DNA of 64,000 nt from a virus, in IMG/VR virus record IMGVR_UViG_3300023179_000077, positions 13,054 to 77,053 of that record; one strand, written 5' to 3'. The notes under the pieces were generated by a model that ran no database searches, had not been told where the DNA came from, and saw only the letters and a list, made by a program, of their open reading frames with translations. Every line of letters starts with the position of its first letter. The stretch's first letter is position 1. Positions 10,158 to 20,792 of the stretch are shown piece after piece. The position numbers and the translations under genes were made by a program.

Positions 10158-10187
10158 AGATCCGAGCTTAGCTCGGGTCTTCTTTTT
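10158..10187 (+). terminator. Intrinsic terminator
   Basis: AGATCCGAGC-TTA-GCTCGGGTCT followed by a T-tract. Confidence 0.85.
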
Positions 10188-10210
10188 ATATTTATAATAA
10201 ATAATGTTAT

Positions 10211-10879
10211 ATGCGTGAATCTAATCGTGAAAGAAAAAATGATATTAAATCCATTAGTGCGGTACAGTTAAATGAAGAACAAAAAGAAGCAAAACGATTA
10301 ATAGTAGAAAATCAAATAGTAATTATAACAGGTAGAGCAGGCTCGGGTAAATCATTAGTATGTGCTCAAGCCGCATTAGATTTTCTTAAGAAAAAACAAA
10401 TCAATTGTATTTACAATACGCGTGCTGCAATTGAAGTAGGAAAAAGTTTAGGATTTTTACCTGGAGATATTAATGGTAAGTTTGATCCATATATGGAAGC
10501 ACTTGTTGAAAATCTTAATAAATGCTGTTCCAATAAAAACGAAGTACCTAATCTTGTGTCTGAAGAAAAAATAAAAGCATTACCAGTACAATTTATACGT
10601 GGTAAAACAATCGATGATATATTGATTGTAGAAGAGGCACAAAACTTAACTAAAGGTGAAATGCTAGCTATATTAACACGTTTAGGTAAAACAGGTAAAA
10701 TAGTAATTAACGGTGACAATGAACAAACCGATATAAAAACGCATACAGGCGAAATAAACGGATTAAGTTACGTAATCGAACTATCTAAAAAAATAGAAGA
10801 AATTAAGTGGATTAAATTGAAAGAAAATCATCGTTCTGATCTAGTTGGGAAAATACTTGAATACGAATATGGGAAATAG
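10211..10879 (+). CDS. phoH: PhoH-like ATPase
   Basis: GRAGSGKS Walker A, LGFLPGD, IRGKT, EEAQN, LTRLG, GD..QTD, NHRS. Confidence 0.93.
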   Translation: MRESNRERKNDIKSISAVQLNEEQKEAKRLIVENQIVIITGRAGSGKSLVCAQAALDFLKKKQINCIYNTRAAIEVGKSLGFLPGDINGKFDPYMEALVENLNKCCSNKNEVPNLVSEEKIKALPVQFIRGKTIDDILIVEEAQNLTKGEMLAILTRLGKTGKIVINGDNEQTDIKTHTGEINGLSYVIELSKKIEEIKWIKLKENHRSDLVGKILEYEYGK

Positions 10880-10912
10880 CTATATTTATACGTGTTAAAT
10901 ACTACTTAAATA

Positions 10913-12484
10913 ATGGCTATAAATCTTAAAGACTTATATGATAAATACTATGGGGATACTTCATACTTAACACCAGTTAAATGTAATACTCCATTTGAAT
11001 ATTATGATAACGATCCTGAATTTGTAAGAGATGCTAAAAGTGTTGCACGATTTGTAGCTCAACGCTTAGGTACTGGTTTAGGTCTTACTCAACTCAACAT
11101 TAGTGATTTAACCGTGTATGCTGCTTTTGAAGAAGCAGTTACTACATACGGTAATATGGTCTATCAATATAAAATTAGAGACCAATACTTAAGTATGGAA
11201 GGAGCAGAATCGTCTCCTTTTAATAACGCTACTGTTACTTATGTAAATAGTATAGATGTAAGTTCACCTGTTACTTGGTCTGGTGCTAGATTAGCTACTT
11301 TAACTGATATAGATAATAATCCAACTTACACTCAAGCAGTAAATGATGGAAGCATATATGTTATATCTGCTTCATTATCTAATTTTATATTACCTAATTT
11401 AGATTATGTTAAATCATTCACTTTAGCTACAGAATATGTAAGTGGATCTATTACTTATGATTTAAGTCAATACGTTTATAATAAATTAAATAAAGTAAGT
11501 GGTAGTTATCTTTATTTCTTTACTACTAGTCCTCAAATATCAAGTGGATCTGCTTTATTTGGAACCGGATCTATACCTACAGTTTATATTCAAGATGTAT
11601 TAGATCCTGAATTTAATAATAAATTAATTAGTGATACTTTAGCTACTTTAACTACTACTATAGCTGAAAACTATGCTAGTGAAGCAGGTATAGGTGGAAA
11701 CTATACAGTATATAGTGGTACTCTTCCAATGACAGCGGGCGTTCAAGATTATGATTTAAATACTTGGGCTGCTAACTCAGCATCATTAAATCCAGGTGAC
11801 AGAATAGAAATTAGAAGAGTATTCTATGAAGAACCCCCTGCTATTGTTCGTTACTTTGATCCATATGCCGGTACAGGTACTGGTATCCAATCATTACTTG
11901 AAACATTTGGATTTGGTCAGTTTTCTCCGGGTATTAACTTCTTATTAATGCCTATCTACTTTGATATACAAAAAATACAAGCGATTGAATTTAACGATCA
12001 AATAAGAAAAGCAGCTTATTCATTTAATTTAGTAAATAATAAATTAAAAATATTTCCTATACCTACTGAAAATAAAAATTTATTTTTTGAGTATGTAAAA
12101 GTAAGTGAAAAGTTCAATCCTATCAAAGACAACAGAAATAATGTTGTTACTGATGTAATGAATGTTCCTTATAGAAATCCAATATATTCTAGAATAAACA
12201 CTGTAGGTAGAACTTGGATATTTAAATATGCCTTAGCATTATGCCGTGAAATTGAAGCACATATTCGCTTAGAATATTCTACAGTTAACGTTCAAGGTGT
12301 AGGAGCATTACAAGGATCCGATTTAATTCAAGATGCTAGAACAGAAAAAGAACAATTGTTGACTGAATTAAAAGAAATGTTAAATGAAGTATCGCGTAAA
12401 GCACAATTAGAGCGTCAACAACAAGAAGCCCAATTTGCTCGTGATACTTTAACTCAAATACCATTACCAATTTATATATTCTAA
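10913..12484 (+). CDS. Neck/head-tail adaptor (gp13-like) with Ser/Thr-rich insertion
   Basis: Position after the head genes; WIFKYALAL...E...L..EL C-terminal pattern; ends PLPIYIF. Confidence 0.6.
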   Translation: MAINLKDLYDKYYGDTSYLTPVKCNTPFEYYDNDPEFVRDAKSVARFVAQRLGTGLGLTQLNISDLTVYAAFEEAVTTYGNMVYQYKIRDQYLSMEGAESSPFNNATVTYVNSIDVSSPVTWSGARLATLTDIDNNPTYTQAVNDGSIYVISASLSNFILPNLDYVKSFTLATEYVSGSITYDLSQYVYNKLNKVSGSYLYFFTTSPQISSGSALFGTGSIPTVYIQDVLDPEFNNKLISDTLATLTTTIAENYASEAGIGGNYTVYSGTLPMTAGVQDYDLNTWAANSASLNPGDRIEIRRVFYEEPPAIVRYFDPYAGTGTGIQSLLETFGFGQFSPGINFLLMPIYFDIQKIQAIEFNDQIRKAAYSFNLVNNKLKIFPIPTENKNLFFEYVKVSEKFNPIKDNRNNVVTDVMNVPYRNPIYSRINTVGRTWIFKYALALCREIEAHIRLEYSTVNVQGVGALQGSDLIQDARTEKEQLLTELKEMLNEVSRKAQLERQQQEAQFARDTLTQIPLPIYIF

Positions 12485-13077
12485 TGCCCAGAGGAATAGT
12501 AAAATATGTACCTGTAGATAATTGTCCTGATCCAAATTATCCCGCTGCAGCGCCTTCAGCACCTGTAACAAAAGCAGGTACACCTACTGCTCCTGAATTA
12601 CCTCCAACTGGTGCTGATTTTATAAATACATTTATAGATCAAGCAGCTAAATCATCTATTCGTTTTAGTAATATGACTGTAGGTTATTTTAAATTAGATT
12701 TAACCAATACTAAATCAAATATGTATGGTGAATCAATAGAAAAATGGTATTATCCACCAGTGGAAGTAAGATGTTTAATTGAAAGAGGTGATTTTGCTTA
12801 TACCGATACTGAATATGGACCTGATATTAATCAAACATTAACATTAACAATACCAAAAATAACTTTAGTTGAGCTTGACTTTTTACCTGAAGTAGGAGAT
12901 ATAGTTACTGATCAAGAAAGATATTATGAAGTACATGATTCAAACAGATCATTCATAACTATACCAGGTACAGGTAGATCTGAATCAACTGTTGGCACTC
13001 CGGGTCAAATAGTAGTATATAAAGTAACAGCTCACTTAACAAGAACAACAAAACTTAACCTAATACAGTATAGCTAA
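12484..13077 (+). CDS. Neck/head closure protein (gp14-like)
   Basis: NMYGES..K and PEVGDIV...RYYEV motifs; position. Confidence 0.6.
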   Translation: MPRGIVKYVPVDNCPDPNYPAAAPSAPVTKAGTPTAPELPPTGADFINTFIDQAAKSSIRFSNMTVGYFKLDLTNTKSNMYGESIEKWYYPPVEVRCLIERGDFAYTDTEYGPDINQTLTLTIPKITLVELDFLPEVGDIVTDQERYYEVHDSNRSFITIPGTGRSESTVGTPGQIVVYKVTAHLTRTTKLNLIQYS

Positions 13078-13418
13078 TGGGACTTTTAGAAAAAATATTA
13101 TTAAATGAAGGTATTACTATTTTTAGATGTGATATTCTAATTAAAACAGAAGCTGAGCAAAATAAAGTAGAAATATACAATGAAATTAGAGCATTAGAAG
13201 GTGTAGTTGTTGTAACTGTAGTACAAAGTGATTTCTTAAATAGAAAAAGAACACCACGATATGAATATTCTTTAATTAAAATAAAATATATTGGAAGAGG
13301 TGATGCTAAAACATCAATCAAACAAATTGGTATAAATGCAGTAACTAAAAATAAAGTTCCTGGTTTATTACAGTTTATTCCAAGATACGATACAATTACT
13401 AAAGTAGGATCATACTAA
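13077..13418 (+). CDS. Hypothetical virion-associated protein
   Basis: 113-aa ORF with MGLLEKILLNE leader. Confidence 0.45.
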   Translation: MGLLEKILLNEGITIFRCDILIKTEAEQNKVEIYNEIRALEGVVVVTVVQSDFLNRKRTPRYEYSLIKIKYIGRGDAKTSIKQIGINAVTKNKVPGLLQFIPRYDTITKVGSY

Positions 13419-13428
13419 AACATATAAA

Positions 13429-13782
13429 ATGAAATTATTAGATATATTAAGAGAAGCAAATGAAAATATTACTGATATCATTGCTAATCTAACGCCAGAG
13501 CAACGTAAAGAATTATTTCAAAGAGGATCACTATTAATTCCTCAATCTCAAGATCCATCTCGTCCATCAACTATATCTTCAAAAGTAGTTCGTTTACCTA
13601 AAGCAGAAGAAATACAAAGAAAATTAATTAATGATAAAAAAGAATTTGAAGCATATCAATACCATCCTGATGAAGATATTAAAAAAATAGCTAAAGAAAT
13701 AAATAAACTATATAATCAATTATATGGTACTATAAAAGCTCTAGATAAAACATTAGAATTAAAAAAACTAGGTAAATTATAA
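13429..13782 (+). CDS. Hypothetical protein with capsid-targeting-like leader
   Basis: MKLLDILREANE leader. Confidence 0.45.
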   Translation: MKLLDILREANENITDIIANLTPEQRKELFQRGSLLIPQSQDPSRPSTISSKVVRLPKAEEIQRKLINDKKEFEAYQYHPDEDIKKIAKEINKLYNQLYGTIKALDKTLELKKLGKL

Positions 13783-15029
13783 TGCAACAATTCCGTAAAC
13801 CAACACCAAAAAATCAAGCAGAAATAGTACAAGATACTATTAATCCTTACTATCAGGGTAAACCAGTTAGTCAAAATGTATTTACTCATCGTGATAATAG
13901 AGCATTAAATACTACTCGTAAAACGGATAATGTAAAGGATATTACTGTTGGTTTAGAAGATATTGATTATGCTATTAAATATTATTTTGAAACTGCTATT
14001 TTACCTACTGTAGTACAAGATGGTAATGTAATTAATGTTCCTGTGATGTATGGTTCTCCTGAGCGTTGGAAATCAGTACAACAAGATGGTTATTATAGAG
14101 ATACTAATGGTAAATTAGTAATTCCTCTTATAATGTTTAAACGTAATGGGATTGAAAAAAATAGAAATTTAGGTAATAAAATAGATGGTAACTTAGCATC
14201 TTTATTTCAAGTATTTGAAAGTAGATATAATCAAAGAAACCAATATGATAAGTTTTCTATATTAACAAATAGAATACCATCAAAACAATATTATGTTTCT
14301 GTAGTACCTGATTATGTTACTATAACATATGAGTGTGTTATATTTACAAATTTTGTAGAACAAAATAATAATATAATTGAAGCAATTGAATTTGCAGCTG
14401 ATTCATATTGGGGAGATAAAAATAGATGGCAATTTAGAACTATGATTGATAATTTTGCTACAACAAATATTATTAACACTGGTGAAGATAGAGTAGCAAC
14501 TACTAATATTACTTTAAAAGTAAATGGATACTTAATTGCTAATAGCATTAATCAACACCTATCAGATACTAATATGCATTATTCTCCATCTAGAATAACA
14601 TTTACATTTGAAACATCAGAAACTGCTGAAACATTTTCACCCACTGGTAAAGCTACTCCTGTACCTAAAACAGCAATGGGAGCTATATCCGCTGTTGATT
14701 CTTATAATGTGAACGTAACAAATGCAACTGTAGCTTTAAATACTGATTTAGCTTCATACTTAGGAACAAGCATAACAAAATACGCTGTTACTATTACATC
14801 AAATACAGCTGTATTTAATGGATCTTTCTTAACAGCACCATCACCATTACCCGCAACGTCAGCTGCTAACTTTAATTTCTTTGTTAATGGCCAGTATGTA
14901 GATGCAAATGCTATAACATCATTTGTTGATAATGGAAACGGAACTTGTACTTTAACTGTAAATACTACTAACTTAGAATATTCACTTGAATCAACAGATC
15001 AAATAATAGCCGTAGGTAAATTCGCTTAA
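13782..15029 (+). CDS. Tail terminator/sheath stabiliser (gp15-like) with C-terminal extension
   Basis: VPVMYGSPERW, VPDYVTITY, NNIIEAI and LKVNGYL motifs. Confidence 0.65.
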   Translation: MQQFRKPTPKNQAEIVQDTINPYYQGKPVSQNVFTHRDNRALNTTRKTDNVKDITVGLEDIDYAIKYYFETAILPTVVQDGNVINVPVMYGSPERWKSVQQDGYYRDTNGKLVIPLIMFKRNGIEKNRNLGNKIDGNLASLFQVFESRYNQRNQYDKFSILTNRIPSKQYYVSVVPDYVTITYECVIFTNFVEQNNNIIEAIEFAADSYWGDKNRWQFRTMIDNFATTNIINTGEDRVATTNITLKVNGYLIANSINQHLSDTNMHYSPSRITFTFETSETAETFSPTGKATPVPKTAMGAISAVDSYNVNVTNATVALNTDLASYLGTSITKYAVTITSNTAVFNGSFLTAPSPLPATSAANFNFFVNGQYVDANAITSFVDNGNGTCTLTVNTTNLEYSLESTDQIIAVGKFA

Positions 15030-15030
15030 A

Positions 15031-15255
15031 ATGGCACGATTAAAATTAAAACAAGTATTATCTAATTTATCATATAATGCTACTACTAATCAATTAACTC
15101 TTAGTGGTAGTTCAGACCCATCATTTATAATCTCAGGCTCAGTTTATGTAGCATCAACACCAACAATAACAGGTTCTGTTACAATTCAAAACGTAGATAC
15201 ATTCGGTGATAGTGGCAGCTTCTATACGTTAGACCTAGGAAATAATTCATTTTAA
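15031..15255 (+). CDS. Small virion protein
   Basis: 74 aa with four SGS/TGS motifs. Confidence 0.5.
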   Translation: MARLKLKQVLSNLSYNATTNQLTLSGSSDPSFIISGSVYVASTPTITGSVTIQNVDTFGDSGSFYTLDLGNNSF

Positions 15256-15293
15256 TATTTATATTCAACACTGTTGACGTTGTAATATAAAAT

Positions 15294-18200
15294 ATGCCAA
15301 AGATTATTCCAAATTATACAACAATTCCTGGACAGGGATTTACTATTTTAGATTTAGATTTAGGAGAAATAGCACTTAACGTTAGTGATGGTAATCTATA
15401 TCTTAAAAAAGAAACAGCAGGAGTACCAAGTGTTGTTATACTAGCAGGTCCTGGAAATGTTGCTGTTAGTTCATCATATGCTTTAACATCATCATATGCT
15501 AATTATGCTGCTGTAGCATTAAATGCTACTAATTCTCTTAATACTTTATTTGGTATATTTTCACTTCATTCGTATTACTCTCAATTAGCAAGAACAGCAT
15601 CGTTTGCATATAAAGCAGATTATTCTGATTTTGCATTAAAGGCTTTAACAGCTACTAATGCTTCAACAGCATCTTTACCTATACGAGGTATAATAACAGC
15701 ATCAGCTGCTGGTTCTACAATTACATTTACTAAAGGCGATAGCAGTACTTTTAACGTTAGCGTAACAACAGCAACTGCTCAAACAGCATCATATGTTACT
15801 TCATCTAACGTTGATGGTCCTTATGGTAAAAATAGTATACTAACAGCATCATACGCTCTAACAGCATCATTACCGCTTCGAGGTTTAATAACAGCATCCG
15901 CTGTCGGCTCTACAATCACGTTTACTAAAGGTGATAGTAGTACTTTTAATGTTACTATAACAACAGCAACTGCCGAGACTGCATCATATGTATCTTCTTC
16001 TAATGTTGATGGTCCTTATGGAAAAAATAGTATATTAAGTGCGTCGTATGCTGTAACAGCATCTTATGTTTTAAATGCAATAAGCGCCTCGTATGCTCTT
16101 AGTGCCTCACAAGCATTTAGTTCATCATATGCGTTTAGTGCATCACAAGCAGTTAGCTCATCATACGCACTTAGTGCATCGTTTACTTCAACAGCAAGCT
16201 ATTCCCTATCATCATTATCAGCATCATATGCTAGTACTGCTTCTAATATAGAAGGAGGTGCTACAAATTATATTACACTATGGAGAACCAATACTGCTTT
16301 AACAAGCAGTGTAATGTATCAAAGTAGTAGTAATATTACTATAGGTGGTGGAGCTATTTTACCTTCAGCTAGGTTAGAAGTAAAAGGAGCAGGCTCTACA
16401 TCAGCTACTGCTGCTTTAAACGTTATAAATGCTTCATCAACAGATTTATTATACTTAAGAAATGATGGTTTTGTAGGTATAGGAACAGCATCTGCTGCTT
16501 CTACTGAAAATATGTTCATTAAAAAACAGTGGACTATATTTGATCAAGGAGTTGATCTTACAAATTATACTATAGTTGATATATCAAATACAACTAGTGT
16601 TTTAAGATTAGGAGTTGAAACTAATTCTGGAGGAGGTATAGCAACAAATTCTACAGCTTATGCTGGTATAATTGGTACTACAAAAAATATTCCATTACAG
16701 TTTATTACTAGCGGCAGTGTAAAAACTACTATAACATCAACAGGTAATTTTGGAATAGGTATTACATCACCGTTATATACTTTAGATGTATCAGGCAGTG
16801 CTCGTATTACTAGCTCAGTATTCTTACCAGGATTAATTAATACTAGTCAATCTCATCTTATAAGCTATAATTCAAGTTCAGGACAACTTTATTATTTAGG
16901 AACCGGTTCGTTTACAGCTAGTTGGGCTAATAATACTATTAGTGCTTCTAATGCACAAACAGCAAGTTATATTCTTAACGCTGTATCTGCATCGTTTGCT
17001 TCTACAGCTTCATACGTGTTAAATGCAGTCAGCGCATCATTTGCATCAACTGCTTCGTTATCTCAGAATGCATTAACAGCGTCATTTATAACAGCTTCTA
17101 ATGTTTGGGGCCCGTTTGGCTCAAACAGTATTATCAGTTCATCGTTTGCATCAACGGCTTCATATGTTCTTAACGCTGTGTCTGCATCATTTGCAGCAAC
17201 AGCATCATCCGCAGATAATTTTCTAGTTAGAGGCACACTTACTGCACAAACTATTATAGCACAAGTAATAACTTCATCAACTGACTTTGTTACTGGTTCA
17301 ACTCGTTTCGGTACTCAACTCACTAATACACATCAATTTACCGGCAGCGTAAGTATAACTGGTAGTTTAACTGTTACTGGAGCTGGAATTACAGGATCGC
17401 TGTTTGGAACAGCAAGTTGGGCAGTGAGCGCATCACAAGCACTTACAGCTTCATATGTGTTAAATGCTGTATCATCATCCTATGCACTAAGTGCATCACA
17501 AGCTCAAAATGCAACTACAGCATCATACGTGTTAAATGCTGTTTCAGCATCATTCGCTAGTACAGCATCGTTTGTTCAAAATGCTATATCTGCTTCGTTT
17601 GCTTCTACTGCTTCATATGTGTTAAATGCAGTTAGTGCATCATTTGCATCTACTGCTTCATTCGTTCAAAATGCAGTTAGTGCATCATTCGCATCAACAG
17701 CATCCTTAGCTCAAAATGCTTTAACAGCATCATTTGTAACAGCGTCTAATGTTTGGGGCCCATTCGGATCAAATAGTATTATTAGCTCATCGTTTGCTAG
17801 TACAGCATCCTTAGCTCAAAATGCAGTTAGTACTTCATTCGCCGCAACAGCATCATCCGCAGATAACTTTACAGTACGTGGTACACTTACTGCTCAAACA
17901 ATAGTAACTCAAGTTATAACTTCAAGTACTGATTTTGTAACTGGTTCATCTCGATTCGGTACATTATTAACAAATACACATCAATTTACAGGTAGTGTAA
18001 GTATAACAGGAAGTTTAAATGTAGTAGGAGCTGGAATTACAGGTTCATTGTTTGGAACATCATCGTGGGCTAACAATGCAATAAGTTCATCTTATGCATT
18101 ATCAGCATCACAAGCACAAAACGCAGTTAGTGCATCTTATGTATTAAACGCTGTAAGTGCTTCATTTGCTAGTACAGCATCCTATGTACTTAATGCAGTT

Positions 18201-20792
18201 AGTGCTTCATTTGCTAGTACAGCATCGTTCGTTCAGAATGCCGTTTCAGCATCGTTTGCTTCTACGGCTTCATTAGCTATAAATGCTCTAACAGCATCTT
18301 TTGTTACTGCTTCTAATATATTTGGCCCATTTGGTTCAAATAGTGTTATTAGTTCATCATTTGCTTCAACTGCTTCATTCGTCCAAAATGCCATTTCAGC
18401 ATCATTTGCTGCAACAGCATCTTCAGCTGATAATTTTACAGTACGTGGTACTCTTACTGCACAAACTATTGTGACACAAGTAATAACATCTTCAACGGAT
18501 TTTGTAACAGGTTCATCACGTTTTGGAACATTACTTAGTAATACACATCAATTCACGGGCAGTGTTTCAATTACAGGTTCGTTAAATGTTACTGGAGCCG
18601 GTATAACAGGATCATTATTTGGAACATCATCATGGGCGGTTAGTGCATCACAAGCAGTAACAGCTAGTTATGTACTCAATGCCGTATCTGCATCATTTGC
18701 TAGTACAGCATCGTTTGTTCAAAACGCAGTTAGTGCTTCGTTTGCATCAACTGCTTCATTCGTTCAAAACGCAGTTAGTGCATCATTTGCTAGTACAGCA
18801 TCATATATAACAGCATCTGGTGTATTCGGCCCATTCGGATCAAACAGTGTAATAAGCGCCTCACACGCAGTAACAGCAGCGTTTGCTGCTAATTCTAGCG
18901 GCGTGAGTGGCGGTGCTGCAAACTATATCACGATGTGGACTAGTGCTACAGCATTAAGCAGCAGCACAATATATCAAAGTACTGGTAATATTGGTATTGG
19001 TACTATAACACCTAATGCTAAACTTGATGTTAATGGCAATGCAATTATCACCGGTTCATTAACAGTAGCGCCAAACAGTAATATAGAATTTCAAGTTCAA
19101 ACTGCAGGTGTTAAAATAGGTAACGTAATTACTGATGCTCATACAATAACAGGTAGTGTAAATGTAAGTGGCAGTGTAACTGCAACTAACTTTACTGGTT
19201 CTTTATTTGGTACATCATCGTGGGCAGTAAATGCATTACAAGCATCAACAGCCAGTTATATACTTAATGCTATTTCAGCATCGTTTGCATCAACAGCCTC
19301 ATTTGTTCAGAACGCTGTTTCAGCATCATTTGCTAGTACAGCCTCATTCGTTCAAAACGCAGTTAGTGCTTCATTCGCTGCTATAGCATCATCTGCAGAT
19401 AACTTTGCTGTAAGAAATACATTAACTGCTACTACTATAGTAGTACAAACTATAACATCATCAATTGATTTCGTAACAGGTTCTAGTCGTTTTGGAACAT
19501 TACTTAGTAATACACACCAGTTTACTGGTTCAGTAAGTATGACGGGTAGTTTAACTGTTACTGGAGCTGGAATTACAGGATCATTGTTTGGTACATCATC
19601 GTGGGCAGTAAGTGCATCACAAGCATTAACAGCTAGTTATGTACTTAATGCTATTAGTGCTTCGTTTGTAGCAACCGCGTCATATATAACAGCATCAGGA
19701 GTATTTGGTCCATTTGGTTCAAACAGTGTTATTAGTGCTTCACACGCAGTAACAGCAGCGTTTGCTGCTAATTCTAGTGGTATAAGCGGTGGGGCTGCAA
19801 ACTATATTACAATGTGGACTGGGGCTACTACATTAAGCAGTAGTGTAATATATCAAAGTGCTGGTAATATAGGAATTAATACTATTTCTCCTAATGCTAA
19901 ACTTGACATTAATGGTAGTACTATTATTACAGGATCTTTAATTGTTAGTTCTTCTGCTGTAAGACTTACTGTTAGTGGTTCTCAAGCTTTATTTAATCTT
20001 ACTGGTACTACTCCTTCAATAGTAATATCAGGAAGTGGTTATACATTTGCTGCAAGAATTGGTTCAACATCTAATAATCAATATTCTTGGCTTACTAATA
20101 TATACTATGATGGAGCTAATTTCCAAAAAGATGATACTTCTCGTAGTGGTTGGAGAATGAATCAAGTAGCAGAAACTACTGATACTACTAGTTCAATGGA
20201 GTTTAATTATTTCCCTATTGGAACTACTATTTCTGTTCAACCTTTAGTAATAAAAAGAAATAGTTTATTAATAAATAACCAAATTACACCTGTTAATACG
20301 GGTTCTGTATCTTTTGTAAATTATGCTTTTGCAAACCAAACTGGATCTGGTTTTTATGGTAGTGGTTCTAATTTAGATAGTGTTAAACTAGCATTCAATA
20401 GATCTGATGAATTTGAATTCTCTTCAAGCGGCATGTTTAGAGCAGCCGATGATATAGTTGGTTTCTACTCATTCTCAGACCGCAATCTAAAATACGATGT
20501 AAGACAAGTATGTGGTAGTGTAGCGCTTGATCAAGTACAACAATTACAAGGTGTATATTATAAATGGGTAGGAGATCAAGGTAGTAGAGCAAATAGAGAA
20601 GAAATAGGTTTAATAGCACAAGATGTAGAAAAAATAATACCTCAACTTGTACGTGAACAAGAACGTTTAGGTCAAGGTACATTTAAAACAGTCGATTATG
20701 ATCATTTAACTGCGTTATTAATTGAAGCAATTAAAGAACAACAAAAACAAATCGACGAATTAAAATCTAGACTAGATGCCTTTACCAAGTAA
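15294..20792 (+). CDS. Giant tail fibre with C-terminal peptidase S74 intramolecular chaperone
   Basis: N-terminal LGEIALN..DG.LY anchor; SASFASTAS repeats; C-terminal SDRNLK...GLIAQDVE...VDY...LIEAIKEQQ. Confidence 0.88.
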   Translation: MPKIIPNYTTIPGQGFTILDLDLGEIALNVSDGNLYLKKETAGVPSVVILAGPGNVAVSSSYALTSSYANYAAVALNATNSLNTLFGIFSLHSYYSQLARTASFAYKADYSDFALKALTATNASTASLPIRGIITASAAGSTITFTKGDSSTFNVSVTTATAQTASYVTSSNVDGPYGKNSILTASYALTASLPLRGLITASAVGSTITFTKGDSSTFNVTITTATAETASYVSSSNVDGPYGKNSILSASYAVTASYVLNAISASYALSASQAFSSSYAFSASQAVSSSYALSASFTSTASYSLSSLSASYASTASNIEGGATNYITLWRTNTALTSSVMYQSSSNITIGGGAILPSARLEVKGAGSTSATAALNVINASSTDLLYLRNDGFVGIGTASAASTENMFIKKQWTIFDQGVDLTNYTIVDISNTTSVLRLGVETNSGGGIATNSTAYAGIIGTTKNIPLQFITSGSVKTTITSTGNFGIGITSPLYTLDVSGSARITSSVFLPGLINTSQSHLISYNSSSGQLYYLGTGSFTASWANNTISASNAQTASYILNAVSASFASTASYVLNAVSASFASTASLSQNALTASFITASNVWGPFGSNSIISSSFASTASYVLNAVSASFAATASSADNFLVRGTLTAQTIIAQVITSSTDFVTGSTRFGTQLTNTHQFTGSVSITGSLTVTGAGITGSLFGTASWAVSASQALTASYVLNAVSSSYALSASQAQNATTASYVLNAVSASFASTASFVQNAISASFASTASYVLNAVSASFASTASFVQNAVSASFASTASLAQNALTASFVTASNVWGPFGSNSIISSSFASTASLAQNAVSTSFAATASSADNFTVRGTLTAQTIVTQVITSSTDFVTGSSRFGTLLTNTHQFTGSVSITGSLNVVGAGITGSLFGTSSWANNAISSSYALSASQAQNAVSASYVLNAVSASFASTASYVLNAVSASFASTASFVQNAVSASFASTASLAINALTASFVTASNIFGPFGSNSVISSSFASTASFVQNAISASFAATASSADNFTVRGTLTAQTIVTQVITSSTDFVTGSSRFGTLLSNTHQFTGSVSITGSLNVTGAGITGSLFGTSSWAVSASQAVTASYVLNAVSASFASTASFVQNAVSASFASTASFVQNAVSASFASTASYITASGVFGPFGSNSVISASHAVTAAFAANSSGVSGGAANYITMWTSATALSSSTIYQSTGNIGIGTITPNAKLDVNGNAIITGSLTVAPNSNIEFQVQTAGVKIGNVITDAHTITGSVNVSGSVTATNFTGSLFGTSSWAVNALQASTASYILNAISASFASTASFVQNAVSASFASTASFVQNAVSASFAAIASSADNFAVRNTLTATTIVVQTITSSIDFVTGSSRFGTLLSNTHQFTGSVSMTGSLTVTGAGITGSLFGTSSWAVSASQALTASYVLNAISASFVATASYITASGVFGPFGSNSVISASHAVTAAFAANSSGISGGAANYITMWTGATTLSSSVIYQSAGNIGINTISPNAKLDINGSTIITGSLIVSSSAVRLTVSGSQALFNLTGTTPSIVISGSGYTFAARIGSTSNNQYSWLTNIYYDGANFQKDDTSRSGWRMNQVAETTDTTSSMEFNYFPIGTTISVQPLVIKRNSLLINNQITPVNTGSVSFVNYAFANQTGSGFYGSGSNLDSVKLAFNRSDEFEFSSSGMFRAADDIVGFYSFSDRNLKYDVRQVCGSVALDQVQQLQGVYYKWVGDQGSRANREEIGLIAQDVEKIIPQLVREQERLGQGTFKTVDYDHLTALLIEAIKEQQKQIDELKSRLDAFTK

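Noticed and set aside
16980-19750. CRISPR-like periodicity
   Set aside because: The repeats are in-frame coding repeats with synonymous variation and no unique spacers.
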